A stretch of DNA of 41,765 bases from Minisyncoccota bacterium (GTDB lineage Bacteria; Patescibacteriota; Minisyncoccia; Phycocordibacterales; UBA12079): the NCBI GenBank assembly GCA_023135835.1, contig JAGLSI010000003.1, positions 1 through 41,765 of the forward strand, read 5' to 3'. The notes under the pieces are model-generated. The model saw only the letters and a list, made by a program, of their open reading frames with translations, had not been told where the DNA came from and searched no databases. Below are positions 26,530 to 36,111 of this stretch, piece after piece (the stretch's first letter is position 1; each line of letters starts with the position of its first letter). A program made the position numbers and the translations under genes.

Positions 26530-27498
26530 ATGTCTGAATATAATATTTTATTACCATCAAAGCCTAAAATCATTAAAGATGAGGGTTTTAAGGGTTTTTA
26601 TCAAATTGATGGTTTGTATCCTGGATATGGTCATACACTAGGTAACTCCTTAAGAAGAATTATTTTATCTTCTTTGCCTGGTACAGCTGTTACCTCTGTA
26701 GAAATAGAAGGGGTAAGTCATGAATTTTCTACAATTGATGGAATTAAAGAAGATGTAATTAGAATTCTTTTAAATATAAAGAAGTTACGAATTAAATTAC
26801 TTACAGATGAACCGCAAGTATTAACTCTAAAAGCTAGTGGTGTAAAAACCGTTACAGCTAAAGATATAGATAAAAATGGACAAGTAGAAGTGATGAATCC
26901 AGAATTAGAGATAGCTACTTTAACTAGCGCTAAAAGTTCTTTGGAAATGAAAATTACTGTAAAGAAAGGTTTGGGGTATATTAGTAAAGAAGATCAAGCT
27001 GAAGAAAGAACAAATATAGGAATGATTATTTTAGACGCTTCTTTTACTCCTATTAGAAGAGTAAGTTATGAAGTTGAAAATATGAGAGTTGGAGATAAGA
27101 CAGACTTTAATAGACTTTCTTTGTTTATAGAAACAGACGGAACAATTTTACCTAAAGAAGCTTTGGAGAGATCCATTGAAATAATGATTAAACAATTATC
27201 TGCTATTGTAGGTTTTGTAGAAGAAGATGTTAAAATTTCAGAAGAAGAGCAACAACAGGTTGAAGAAAAAGACGGTAAAGAAGAAATGGATGTTGACTTT
27301 TTAAAGACAAGAGTAGATACTTTGAACCTATCATTGAGAACATCTAACGCTTTAGCAGAGGCAAGTATTAGAACTGTTGGAGGTTTAGTTAAAAAAACAG
27401 AGGATGATTTGTTAGGTTTAGACGGATTAGGAGCAAAAGGAATTCAAGAAGTTAAAAGAGCTTTAAGTAATTTTGGAATAATGTTGAAGCAAAAATAA
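26530..27498 (+). CDS. rpoA: RNA polymerase alpha subunit
   Basis: GYGHTLGNSLRRIILSS, HEFSTIDGIKED, alpha-CTD LSLRTSNAL. Confidence 0.97.
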   Translation: MSEYNILLPSKPKIIKDEGFKGFYQIDGLYPGYGHTLGNSLRRIILSSLPGTAVTSVEIEGVSHEFSTIDGIKEDVIRILLNIKKLRIKLLTDEPQVLTLKASGVKTVTAKDIDKNGQVEVMNPELEIATLTSAKSSLEMKITVKKGLGYISKEDQAEERTNIGMIILDASFTPIRRVSYEVENMRVGDKTDFNRLSLFIETDGTILPKEALERSIEIMIKQLSAIVGFVEEDVKISEEEQQQVEEKDGKEEMDVDFLKTRVDTLNLSLRTSNALAEASIRTVGGLVKKTEDDLLGLDGLGAKGIQEVKRALSNFGIMLKQK

Positions 27499-27518
27499 AA
27501 TAATAAATTTAATTTATC

Positions 27519-27875
27519 ATGAGGCATCATAACACTAATAGAAAATTTGGAAGGGTAAGAAAACAAAGAAAAGCACTTTTGCAGTCTTTAGCAGTGGCTC
27601 TTTTAGATAATGAAAGTATAAAAACAACAGAAGCTAAAGCCAAGGAATTAAGACCTTTTGTAGAAAAATTAATCACAAGAGGAAAGAAAGATTCTATTTT
27701 TACAAAAAGACTTTTAAGAGCAAGATTGGGAAGTGGTAATTTAGATATAGTTAAAAAGTTAACTAAAGAAATTGCTGAAAAATATAAAGAAAGAAATGGA
27801 GGTTATACTCGTATTACAAAATTAACTCCTAGGCAAGGAGATGGAAGCCCGATGGCTCAGATAGAATTAGTTTAA
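27519..27875 (+). CDS. rplQ: 50S ribosomal protein L17
   Basis: MRH, IKTTEAKAKELR, RNGGYTRI. Confidence 0.97.
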   Translation: MRHHNTNRKFGRVRKQRKALLQSLAVALLDNESIKTTEAKAKELRPFVEKLITRGKKDSIFTKRLLRARLGSGNLDIVKKLTKEIAEKYKERNGGYTRITKLTPRQGDGSPMAQIELV

Positions 27876-27887
27876 ATAAATAAAATT

Positions 27888-28232
27888 ATGGAATATAACT
27901 TAGATGCAAAAGGAGAAAAATTAGGAAGATTAGCTACTCAGATAGCGATTTTATTGATGGGTAAAAATAAAGCCAATTTTGCTAAGAATGAATTAGCTGA
28001 TGTTAAGGTTAATGTAACTAATGCTTCAAAGTTAGATATTACAAAAAAGAAAATGAAGCAAACCGAATACCAAAGATACTCAGGTTTTCCGGGAGGAAGG
28101 AAGGTTGAGAATATGGAAAAAGTAATTGCTGATAAAGGTTACACTGAAATTTTAAACAAAGCGGTTTATGGAATGCTTCCTGGGAATAAACTTCGTCCAT
28201 TAATAATGAAAAACTTAATAATAAAAGAATAG
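27888..28232 (+). CDS. rplM: 50S ribosomal protein L13 (short form)
   Basis: DAKGEKLGRLA, LMGK, YSGFPGG, AVYGMLP. Confidence 0.94.
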   Translation: MEYNLDAKGEKLGRLATQIAILLMGKNKANFAKNELADVKVNVTNASKLDITKKKMKQTEYQRYSGFPGGRKVENMEKVIADKGYTEILNKAVYGMLPGNKLRPLIMKNLIIKE

Positions 28233-28348
28233 TCAAAAGTTACTAAAGTCTATAAAGTCCATAACCTGCTTGCCGGCAGGCAGGAGTTAGAAAAATCACA
28301 AAGTGATTTTTTAAAAAAAAGACTTTCGACTTTATAGACTTTACGACT
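28231..28348. repeat. Intergenic hairpin element with AAAGTC/GACTTT arms, containing a 20-bp GC palindrome
   Basis: AAAGT units, CCTGCTTGCCGGCAGGCAGG at 28265-28284, core AAAAATCAC-AAA-GTGATTTTT, GACTTT x3. Confidence 0.75.
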
Positions 28349-28356
28349 AATGTATT

Positions 28357-28767
28357 ATGGTTACTAAAACAACAACAAAAAAATATATTGAAACAGTAGG
28401 GAGAAGAAAAACAGCTACTGCTAGAGTAAGATTAACCGAAGCAGGAAAAACTTCTTATACAATTAATGACGCTAAGTTAGCTGATTATTTTCCAACAGAG
28501 AGTTTGCAGGCAATCGTGAAAGATGCTTTTAATGTTGTTAAATTAGATACTAAATATTCTGTTTCTGCTTTAGTTAAAGGAGGTGGAATTAATTCACAGG
28601 CTGAAGCTGTAAGACATGGAATTTCTAGAGCTTTACTGAAGATAGATGAAGAGTTTAAAAAAGATCTTAAAAAAGAAGGATTTTTAAGAAGAGACCCAAG
28701 GATGAAAGAAAGAAAGAAGTTTGGTTTGAAAAAAGCGAGAAAGTCTCCACAATGGAATAAACGATAA
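28357..28767 (+). CDS. rpsI: 30S ribosomal protein S9
   Basis: GRRKTATARV, GGGINSQAEA, RDPRMKERKKFG. Confidence 0.97.
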   Translation: MVTKTTTKKYIETVGRRKTATARVRLTEAGKTSYTINDAKLADYFPTESLQAIVKDAFNVVKLDTKYSVSALVKGGGINSQAEAVRHGISRALLKIDEEFKKDLKKEGFLRRDPRMKERKKFGLKKARKSPQWNKR

Positions 28768-28862
28768 GATAAATAGAAATTTAAATAAAGAGCAAAATTT
28801 TTTGCTAGAAAAACTTTTCCATTTAGGATAAAAAAATCACTCTTTGTTTATAGAGAGATTGG

Positions 28863-28887
28863 AAGGGCGGGGCTTCGCCCCGCCCTT
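28863..28887. other. GC-rich perfect hairpin
   Basis: AAGGGCGGGGC-TTC-GCCCCGCCCTT (reads GC-GAA-GC on the minus strand). Confidence 0.6.
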
Positions 28888-28923
28888 AATCATTTTTAGA
28901 ACAAATTATAGTTTAATAAATTT

Positions 28924-29520
28924 ATGTTAGATAATTTTGAAAAAAAAGAAAATTTAAATGAGAATGTAAACGAAGATGAAGTATCTGATGATGTTGTTAT
29001 TGAGTCAGAAGAAGAAACACTAAGTTCTTTTGGTGATAAAAATACTAATAAGTTAAAAGAAAAATTAAAATTAGTTACATCGGAGAAACAAGAGTATTTA
29101 GATGGTTGGCAACGAGCCAAGGCTGATTTGGTTAATGCTAAAAAGGAGTTTGGAGAACAAAAAACAGATTTATTAAAGTATGCAAATACTGATTTAATTT
29201 TACAAATAATCCCTGTTTTAGATTCTTTTGAAATGGCTTTAAAAAATATAGATGAATTAGATGAAAGTTTGAAAGAATGGTCGCAAGGGGTTCAGTATAT
29301 TTATTCTCAATTATCTTCAGTGTTAGAGACAAATGGAGTAAAACAAATAAATCCATTGAATGAAAATTTTAATCCTGAGTTTCACGTTTCTATTGAAGGT
29401 GTAAAAGTTGACGAAAAAAAATTTGAGAATATAATAGTAGAAGTCGTTCAAAAAGGATATACACTTAACGAAAAAATTATAAGAGAGGCTAAAGTTAAGG
29501 TAGGGGAATTGAAAAGATAA
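28924..29520 (+). CDS. grpE: Nucleotide exchange factor GrpE
   Basis: WQRAKADLVN, FNPEFH, VVQKGY...REAKVKV; upstream of dnaK. Confidence 0.95.
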   Translation: MLDNFEKKENLNENVNEDEVSDDVVIESEEETLSSFGDKNTNKLKEKLKLVTSEKQEYLDGWQRAKADLVNAKKEFGEQKTDLLKYANTDLILQIIPVLDSFEMALKNIDELDESLKEWSQGVQYIYSQLSSVLETNGVKQINPLNENFNPEFHVSIEGVKVDEKKFENIIVEVVQKGYTLNEKIIREAKVKVGELKR

Positions 29521-29574
29521 TAAGATTTTTTAAATATTAATAAGATAAATTACTAATTAACTATAATAAAAACT

Positions 29575-31536
29575 ATGAGCAAAATTTTAGGAATTGATTT
29601 AGGAACAACTAACTCTGCAATGGCAATAATTGAAGGAGGTGAAGCAAAAATTTTAGAAAATGCTGAAGGATCAAGAACTACTCCATCAGTAGTGGCTATT
29701 TCAAAAACAGGTGAAAGGTTGGTTGGTCAGCTAGCAAGAAGACAAGCTGTAACGAATCCTAAAAATACAGTTTTTGGAATTAAAAGATTTATTGGGCATA
29801 AATATGATGACAAAGAGCTAGATAAAGATAAAGAAACTGCTCCTTTTGAAATTGCAAAATCTAGTACTGGAGGAACTGAAATAAAAATGGGAGATAAGGG
29901 TTATCGGCCTGAAGAGATTTCAGCAATGATTATTTCAAAATTAAAAGCAGATGCAGAAGCTAAAATTGGGGAACCTATCACAGAAGCAGTGATCACTGTA
30001 CCTGCTTATTTTAATGATTCACAGAGAAAAGCAACTAAAGATGCAGGTAAAATAGCAGGATTAGAGGTAAAAAGGATTATTAACGAACCTACCGCAGCCG
30101 CTTTATCTTATGGGTTTAATAAAAATAATGATCAACAAATTGTTGTTTTTGACTTTGGGGGAGGAACTTTTGATGTATCTGTTCTAGAAGTATCTAATGA
30201 TACTGTAGAAGTTAAATCAACAGATGGAGATTCTCATATGGGAGGAAGAGATATTGATCAAAAAATTATTCAATGGATTATTGCTGAATTTAAAAAAGAT
30301 TCAGGCATTGATATTAGTGGAGACACTTTAGCTTTACAAAGATTAGATGAGTCAGCAGAAAAAGCTAAATTAGAACTTTCAACAGCTCAGGATACAGAGA
30401 TTAATATTCCATTTATTACTTCTGGAGAAGACGGACCTAAACATCTTCTTCTGAAAATGACTAGAGCTAAGTTGGAAGAATTGGCCGATGAATATATTCA
30501 AAAATCAATTGAAATTACAAAACGAGCTTTGGAAGCATCACCTTTTGAAATTTCAGATATTGATGAAGTTATTTTAGTAGGGGGGCAAACAAGAATGCCA
30601 GCTATTCAAAAAATAGTTAAAGAATTATTTAATAAAGAACCAAATCAATCTATTAACCCAGATGAAGTAGTTTCTACTGGAGCTGCTATTCAAGCGGGTA
30701 TTTTGCAAGGAGATGTTAAAGATGTTCTGTTGTTAGATGTTATTCCTTTATCTTTAGGAATTGAAACAATGGGAGGGGTAGCTACAAAGTTAATTGAAAA
30801 AAATACTACTATTCCTACTTCAAAATCTCAGATTTTTTCTACAGCAGTAGATAATCAGCCCTCTGTAGAAATTCACATCACCCAAGGAGAAAGGTCTTTA
30901 GCATCTGATAATAAAAGCTTAGGAAGGTTTATTCTAGAAGGGATTACTCCAGCCCCTAGAGGTGTTCCTCAAGTAGAAGTTTCTTTTGATATTGATGCTA
31001 ATGGTATTTTGAATGTAAAAGCTATAGAAAAAGCTAGTGGAAAAGAGCAATCAATTAGAATTGAAGCGTCATCAGGTCTTTCAGATGAAGATGTAGAAAA
31101 AATGAAACAAGATGCAGAATTGCATGCTGATGAAGATAAAAAGAAAAAAGAAGAAATAGAAATTAAAAATACAGCAGAACAATTTATTCATACTGCAGAG
31201 AAATCAGTTAAGGAAAATGAAAAAAAGATTTCTGAAGAAATTAAAAATGATGTAAATACTAAGGTAGAAGAACTAAAGAAAATAAAAGATGGTTCTGATA
31301 TTGAGGCTATTAAAAAAGCAACAGATGAGCTTTCAGCATCAATGCAAAAAATAGGGGAAGAAGTGATGAAGAAGATGCAGGAAGAACAAGCCTCTAATCC
31401 TATGGACGGGCAAAGTAAGCAAACTCCTGCGGGGGGAGAAGCTCCAGAAGGGACTCAAGAAGAAGGTGTTCATGATGCTGAGTATAAAGAAGTGGATGGA
31501 GATGATACTGAAAATAAAGAAGAAGAAAATAAATAA
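29575..31536 (+). CDS. dnaK: Chaperone DnaK
   Basis: [34 protein letters not shown]. Confidence 0.98.
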   Translation: MSKILGIDLGTTNSAMAIIEGGEAKILENAEGSRTTPSVVAISKTGERLVGQLARRQAVTNPKNTVFGIKRFIGHKYDDKELDKDKETAPFEIAKSSTGGTEIKMGDKGYRPEEISAMIISKLKADAEAKIGEPITEAVITVPAYFNDSQRKATKDAGKIAGLEVKRIINEPTAAALSYGFNKNNDQQIVVFDFGGGTFDVSVLEVSNDTVEVKSTDGDSHMGGRDIDQKIIQWIIAEFKKDSGIDISGDTLALQRLDESAEKAKLELSTAQDTEINIPFITSGEDGPKHLLLKMTRAKLEELADEYIQKSIEITKRALEASPFEISDIDEVILVGGQTRMPAIQKIVKELFNKEPNQSINPDEVVSTGAAIQAGILQGDVKDVLLLDVIPLSLGIETMGGVATKLIEKNTTIPTSKSQIFSTAVDNQPSVEIHITQGERSLASDNKSLGRFILEGITPAPRGVPQVEVSFDIDANGILNVKAIEKASGKEQSIRIEASSGLSDEDVEKMKQDAELHADEDKKKKEEIEIKNTAEQFIHTAEKSVKENEKKISEEIKNDVNTKVEELKKIKDGSDIEAIKKATDELSASMQKIGEEVMKKMQEEQASNPMDGQSKQTPAGGEAPEGTQEEGVHDAEYKEVDGDDTENKEEENK

Positions 31537-31553
31537 TAAGAATAACTAAAATA

Positions 31554-32600
31554 ATGTCAAAAGATTATTATAAAGTTTTAGGGGTTGAAAAAAAGGCTTC
31601 TAAAACTGAAATAAAAAAAGCTTTTCATAAATTAGCCCATAAATATCATCCTGATAAAGCTAATGGTGATGAAACTAGGTTTAAAGAAGCGAGTGAAGCT
31701 TATACTGTTTTATCTGATGATAAAAAAAGAGCTGAGTATGACACTTATGGACAAGCTTTTGGGGGAAATGGCGGTCCTCAAGGGGGTTTTGGTGGTTTTG
31801 GACAAGGAGCTCAGGGGTTTGATTTTGATTTAGGAGATATTTTCGGAGATATATTTGGAGGAGGTAGAAGTAGAGTAAAAAGAGGTTCTGATATTTCTGT
31901 TGATATTGAGGTTTCGTTTGCTGAAGCAGTTTTTGGGGTTGAAAGAAAGATAGTTTTAACTAAAAATTCTACTTGTTCTGTTTGTGAGGGAACAGGTGCA
32001 AAAAAAGGTTCAGAAATGGAAACATGTTCTTCTTGTGGGGGTAATGGAAAAATTCATGAGACTAAACAATCATTTTTAGGGTCTTTTTCAACAGTCAGGG
32101 TTTGTGATAGATGTCAGGGTAAGGGGAAAATTCCTAAGGAAAAATGTAAAGAATGTCGTGGAGTTGGTATTTTAAAAAAGCAAGAAAAATTTGAAATAAA
32201 AATACCAGCAGGGATTAATAATGGAGAAATGATTCGTTTAACAGGAGCTGGTGAAGCTATTCCTGACGGGAACCCAGGGGATTTATATATTAAGGTATAT
32301 GTTAAACCACATATTGTTTTTAAGAAACAAGGAAGTGATTTGATTATGAATTTGGGAGTTAAGTTGACAGATGCTTTGTTGGGGGCAGAGTATAATATAG
32401 CAACTTTAGATGGAAAAATAAAAGTTAAGATTCCAAAAGGAGTGAGTCATGGAGAGATTTTGAGAGTAAAAGATAAAGGGGTGCCTATTTCTGAAAGACG
32501 AAGAGGGAATTTACTTATAACTATAAATATAAAATTACCTAATAAATTATCAGGTAAAGCTAAAAAATTAATAGAAGAATTAAAAGGAGAAGGGGTTTAA
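31554..32600 (+). CDS. dnaJ: Chaperone DnaJ
   Basis: J-domain HPD, G/F region, four CxxCxGxG repeats. Confidence 0.97.
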   Translation: MSKDYYKVLGVEKKASKTEIKKAFHKLAHKYHPDKANGDETRFKEASEAYTVLSDDKKRAEYDTYGQAFGGNGGPQGGFGGFGQGAQGFDFDLGDIFGDIFGGGRSRVKRGSDISVDIEVSFAEAVFGVERKIVLTKNSTCSVCEGTGAKKGSEMETCSSCGGNGKIHETKQSFLGSFSTVRVCDRCQGKGKIPKEKCKECRGVGILKKQEKFEIKIPAGINNGEMIRLTGAGEAIPDGNPGDLYIKVYVKPHIVFKKQGSDLIMNLGVKLTDALLGAEYNIATLDGKIKVKIPKGVSHGEILRVKDKGVPISERRRGNLLITINIKLPNKLSGKAKKLIEELKGEGV

Positions 32601-32614
32601 TTAATTATTTTAAA

Positions 32615-32637
32615 AAGTAGCGCTCCGAGCGCTACTT
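32615..32637. repeat. AGTAGCGCT palindrome (intact copy)
   Basis: AAGTAGCGCTC-C-GAGCGCTACTT. Confidence 0.7.
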
Positions 32638-32650
32638 AGAATAGATAAAT

Positions 32651-32681
32651 AAAAAACACTCCCGACAAAAATCGTCGGGAG
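32651..32681 (-). terminator. Terminator for the minus-strand small ORF
   Basis: CTCCCGAC...GTCGGGAG stem with a U-run on the minus strand. Confidence 0.55.
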
Positions 32682-32705
32682 CTAGTGAAGAGCGGTATAA
32701 AAGAA

Positions 32706-32897
32706 TTATCTTCCGCTGGGAGGTCCTTGGTATTCCCATGGGTCCATTTGTTTTTGATCAGAGTTTTCTGGGAAAGGGGGTTTTGTTTGAAATTTTACAG
32801 GATTTTTTTCTTCAACAAGAGTCTCTGTTTCAACAGGAGTTTTTGTTAGAGTTTCTTTTCCGAAAGACTTCGGTTTCTTGCTAAAATATGGATCCAT
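32706..32897 (-). CDS. Small Pro/Thr/Lys-rich hypothetical protein
   Basis: 63 aa, AAAGGAGG 5 nt before the ATG, downstream terminator. Confidence 0.55.
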   Translation of the reverse strand: MDPYFSKKPKSFGKETLTKTPVETETLVEEKNPVKFQTKPPFPENSDQKQMDPWEYQGPPSGR

Positions 32898-33048
32898 TTT
32901 TTCCTCCTTTGTCTTTGTGAATTAAAAAATACAACTAAATTTAGAATACATAAAAAAGACTTAAAAAGCAAGGATTGTTGAATAATTGGTATTTTTGCAA
33001 GTTTTTTGGTAAAATTCCATAAGAGTAAAATATAATAATATTGTGCAT

Positions 33049-33242
33049 GCCAAGGTGAATGAATGCGAGTTTCGTAGTATTCATCTGGAGCGAAGCGGAA
33101 GAGGGTTTGGTAGACGCGCTAGTCGAGCGAATGAAAAATGAACGACTTCATTTTTCATCCGATTTTTCAGGAAGAAAAAATTTTCGTTATCAAATGATAG
33201 TGAGATAGAAAATAGGGCTAGTGGAGTTTCTTCGCTAATTCC
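33049..33242 (+). pseudogene. Fragmented duplicate of the 5' part of tRNA-Leu, interrupted by hairpin insertions
   Basis: Blocks GCCAAGGTG, GCGAA, TTGGTAGACGCGCTAGTC and CTAGTGGAG are collinear with the tRNA at 33277; same upstream TAATATTGTGCAT. Confidence 0.75.
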
Positions 33243-33276
33243 TAAAATAGTAAGTTTAAAATATAATATTGTGCAT

Positions 33277-33358
33277 GCCGAGGTGGCGAAATTGGTAGAC
33301 GCGCTAGTCTTAGGAACTAGTGGAGCAATCCGTGGGAGTTCAAGTCTCCCCCTCGGCA
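33277..33358 (+). tRNA. tRNA-Leu (TAG)
   Basis: GCCGAGG/CCTCGGC acceptor, CTAGT-CTTAGGA-ACTAG anticodon arm, variable arm, GTTCAAG; CCA not encoded. Confidence 0.96.
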
Positions 33359-33426
33359 CAAAAATAATGGAAAAAATACGATAGTATTTGTGTAATCTAT
33401 TTTAGGTTTTTTATCCTATTAAAAAT

Positions 33427-33891
33427 ATGAAAATAAGAAAAGCAAAAAAAGAAGATATTTTATCTATATTAAAGCTTGTAGAAAAAATGGTTGATTTTCA
33501 CTATGCTATAGATAAAATATATAAACCTTATAAAGAATATAAAGAATTAGAAAAATATTTTAAAAGTTTAATTAATACTAAAGATAATATTTTAGTTGTT
33601 GTTGAAAACGAAAATAAGATAATTGGTTTTTTAGAAGGAGGTATTGAAAAAGCTTCTAATGATGTGATGTTTGATAAAATAGGAACTATTAATAATATTT
33701 TTATTGAAGAAAAATTTAGAAATAAAGGAATTGCTAAAAAATTATTAAAATATATTTTTGAATATTTCAAATCAAAAAATATAGAATATATTCAAATAAG
33801 TACAGATGCTAGAAATAAAGTAGGGAAGGAATTTTGGAAGAAAAATAATTTTTTTGAATATCAAATAAAAATGTTAAGAAAATTAAAATAA
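33427..33891 (+). CDS. GNAT-family N-acetyltransferase
   Basis: IRKAKKED, IFIEEKFRNKGIAKKLL (motif A), FWKKNNF. Confidence 0.9.
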   Translation: MKIRKAKKEDILSILKLVEKMVDFHYAIDKIYKPYKEYKELEKYFKSLINTKDNILVVVENENKIIGFLEGGIEKASNDVMFDKIGTINNIFIEEKFRNKGIAKKLLKYIFEYFKSKNIEYIQISTDARNKVGKEFWKKNNFFEYQIKMLRKLK

Positions 33892-33897
33892 TTTTTT

Positions 33898-34815
33898 ATG
33901 AACATCCAAGCTCAAAAATCAGAAAATATTAGAAAGACATATTTGCTAATGTCTTTATTTTTAATTATTGTGATTGGAATTGGTTGGTTTTTTTCTGAAC
34001 TAATGGATAGTCGAAATATTTTATATTTTGCAGTAGGATTTTCTCTTTTGATGAATATTTTTTCATATTGGTATTCAGATAAGGTTGTTTTAAAAATGTC
34101 AGGAGCTAAACAAATAAAAAGAGAAGAAAATAGAAATCTTTTTGATACTGTTGAGAGATTATCTAGACAAGCTCATTTACCCATTCCTAAAGTTTATATA
34201 ATGAATGATCAATCTTTGAATGCTTTTGCCACAGGTAGAAATGCAAAAAATTCAGCTGTAGCAGTAACCCAAGGTTTATTAAACGTTTTAGAACAAAGAG
34301 AGCTAGAAGGGGTGATTGCTCACGAACTTTCTCATATTCAAAATAATGACATTTTAATTTCTACTATTATTGTAGTTTTGGTAGGTTTTGTATCACTTTT
34401 GTCTGATTTCTTTTTAAGAATGTCTATTTTTGGAGGATTAAGAGATAATGAAAACAATTCTGCTGGTTCAGTAATGGCTATTGTTGGGATAGTTTTGGCT
34501 ATTTTAGCTCCTTTTGTAGCTATGATAATTCAATTAGCTATTTCTAGAAAAAGAGAATTTTTAGCGGATGCTTCCGGAGCTTCTTTAACTCATAATCCGT
34601 CTGGTTTAGCTAGTGCTTTGGAAAAAATTTCTTCTAGTTCTGTACAAATGAAAAAAGCTTCTAGAGCTACTGCTCATATATTTATTTCTAATCCATACAA
34701 AAAGAACTCTAAACATTCTGTCGGGCAAAGAAAAAGAACTAGTTTTTTAGCTAAGATGTTTATGACCCATCCTCCAACAGAGGAAAGAATTAATGCTTTG
34801 TTAGGAAGAAGATAG
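33898..34815 (+). CDS. htpX: Zinc metalloprotease HtpX (M48)
   Basis: NAFATGR, HELSH, SRKREFLAD, THPP. Confidence 0.94.
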   Translation: MNIQAQKSENIRKTYLLMSLFLIIVIGIGWFFSELMDSRNILYFAVGFSLLMNIFSYWYSDKVVLKMSGAKQIKREENRNLFDTVERLSRQAHLPIPKVYIMNDQSLNAFATGRNAKNSAVAVTQGLLNVLEQRELEGVIAHELSHIQNNDILISTIIVVLVGFVSLLSDFFLRMSIFGGLRDNENNSAGSVMAIVGIVLAILAPFVAMIIQLAISRKREFLADASGASLTHNPSGLASALEKISSSSVQMKKASRATAHIFISNPYKKNSKHSVGQRKRTSFLAKMFMTHPPTEERINALLGRR

Positions 34816-34823
34816 ATTTAAAT

Positions 34824-35507
34824 ATGGAAAATAAAAATAAAGAAATTAAGGAAGATTTTGTTTTAGAAAAATATAATTTTTTAAAATTAGAAAATGAAAT
34901 CAAGAGTCTTAAGAAAATAATATTAGATAAAGATGAAAAGATAAAAGAGCTTTCTTCTTTATATCAAAGAGATTTTTTAACTTTGCTTTATAATAGGCAT
35001 GGTTTTATGGCAGAGGTTGATAAAATTATAGATGAAGGTCGTAAATTAAAAAATAAGCAAGATAAAAGAAAGATTATATTAGAAGCTTTTTCTTTAATTT
35101 TTATTGATGTTGATGACTTGAAAAAAATAAATGATAAGTGTGGTCATTCTAAAGGAGATGAAGTTTTAAAAATGATGGCAGAAGTATTTAAATCATCAGT
35201 AAGAAAATTTGATATAGTTGCTAGGTGGGGAGGAGATGAATTTATAATTGGTTTGGTGGGGGTTAATTCTGAAAAAGCTGTTGAGATTGCTGAAAATATA
35301 AAAAAGAAAATTCAATTATTAGAAGTTGGAGGCAAAAAATTAAGTGTTAGTTTTGGAATAACAGATGTAATTGATAACTGTATAGAAAATAAAGAAGATA
35401 TTATTGCTTTGGTGGAAAAAGCTGATGAGGCTATGTATAGAGCAAAAAGTAGGTTAGGCAAAAACACGATAGTTGTTTATAATTGTAAAACAGGTTTGTA
35501 TGAATAA
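34824..35507 (+). CDS. GGDEF diguanylate cyclase with an N-terminal coiled coil
   Basis: DFLTLLYNR, DVDDLKKINDKCGH, RKFD I-site, WGGDEF, ADEAMY. Confidence 0.92.
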   Translation: MENKNKEIKEDFVLEKYNFLKLENEIKSLKKIILDKDEKIKELSSLYQRDFLTLLYNRHGFMAEVDKIIDEGRKLKNKQDKRKIILEAFSLIFIDVDDLKKINDKCGHSKGDEVLKMMAEVFKSSVRKFDIVARWGGDEFIIGLVGVNSEKAVEIAENIKKKIQLLEVGGKKLSVSFGITDVIDNCIENKEDIIALVEKADEAMYRAKSRLGKNTIVVYNCKTGLYE

Positions 35508-35538
35508 GGGAAATAATTATTAATTAACAAAAAATATT

Positions 35539-35922
35539 ATGCATAATACAAAAAATTTATCTATGTTTGGGATTGGAGCGGTTGTTATTTTTATTTTGGT
35601 TTTGCTTTGGGCAATTCCTCAGTATAAAGTATGGACACAAGAATTAAACGGAAAGGCTTTGTTTAAAGAAGCTGAGTGGAGTCGTCAAATTGCTGTTGAA
35701 GAAGCAAGGGCTAAAAAAGAATCAGCAATTTTAGAAGCAGAGGCGGAAGTTGAAAGAGCCAAGGGTGTGGCTGAGGCTAATGATATTGTAGCTGGATCTT
35801 TGGAAGGGAATGAGGAGTATTTAAGATATCTTTGGATAAATGGTCTTCAGACAAATGAAATGCAGGTAATTTATGTTCCTACAGAAGCAGGGTTGCCGAT
35901 TTTGGAGGCAGGGAGACGATAA
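35539..35922 (+). CDS. Small membrane-anchored SPFH/band-7-like coiled-coil protein
   Basis: TM; AEAEVERAKGVAEAN; YLRYLWI; IYVPTEAGLPILE. Confidence 0.6.
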   Translation: MHNTKNLSMFGIGAVVIFILVLLWAIPQYKVWTQELNGKALFKEAEWSRQIAVEEARAKKESAILEAEAEVERAKGVAEANDIVAGSLEGNEEYLRYLWINGLQTNEMQVIYVPTEAGLPILEAGRR

Positions 35923-35966
35923 GTTAGCTTGTTAGGGATTAGCTTTTTAGTTAGTTAGAGAAAGTG

Positions 35967-36006
35967 AAAAATCTAACGGCTACGCTACTGTAGCCGTTAG
36001 ATTTTT
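35967..36006. terminator. Bidirectional terminator (AACGGCT family)
   Basis: AAAAATCTAACGGCTAC-GCTACT-GTAGCCGTTAGATTTTT. Confidence 0.75.
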
Positions 36007-36111
36007 TGTTGCGGGCAACCTCGTGCTGGAACCGTTGGGTATCAAGCCCTGTAAGGCAGTTTTAATCTTTTTATGACTAATAATCGAAAGATCCTCGTGC
36101 ACCTTTAGTCT

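Noticed and set aside
28768-28923. CIRCE element before grpE-dnaK-dnaJ
   Set aside because: No TTAGCACTC-N9-GAGTGCTAA and no hrcA in the window
33081-33359. 92-aa minus-strand ORF
   Set aside because: Antisense shadow of tRNA-Leu and its pseudo-copy
954-33770. Short minus-strand ORFs overlapping longer + genes (954, 5423, 5668, 7391, 8314, 9349, 9655, 13987, 13995, 16921, 18017, 18341, 20075, 21414, 23771, 28039, 28896, 29138, 33528)
   Set aside because: Antisense shadows of well-supported genes with no recognisable motifs
36011-36110. 6S RNA, from a loose resemblance of minus-strand TTAAAACTGC...TTGATACCCAACGGTTCC to the E. coli 6S 3' half
   Set aside because: Only ~100 nt available and no complementary 5' half; needs an Infernal search to revive
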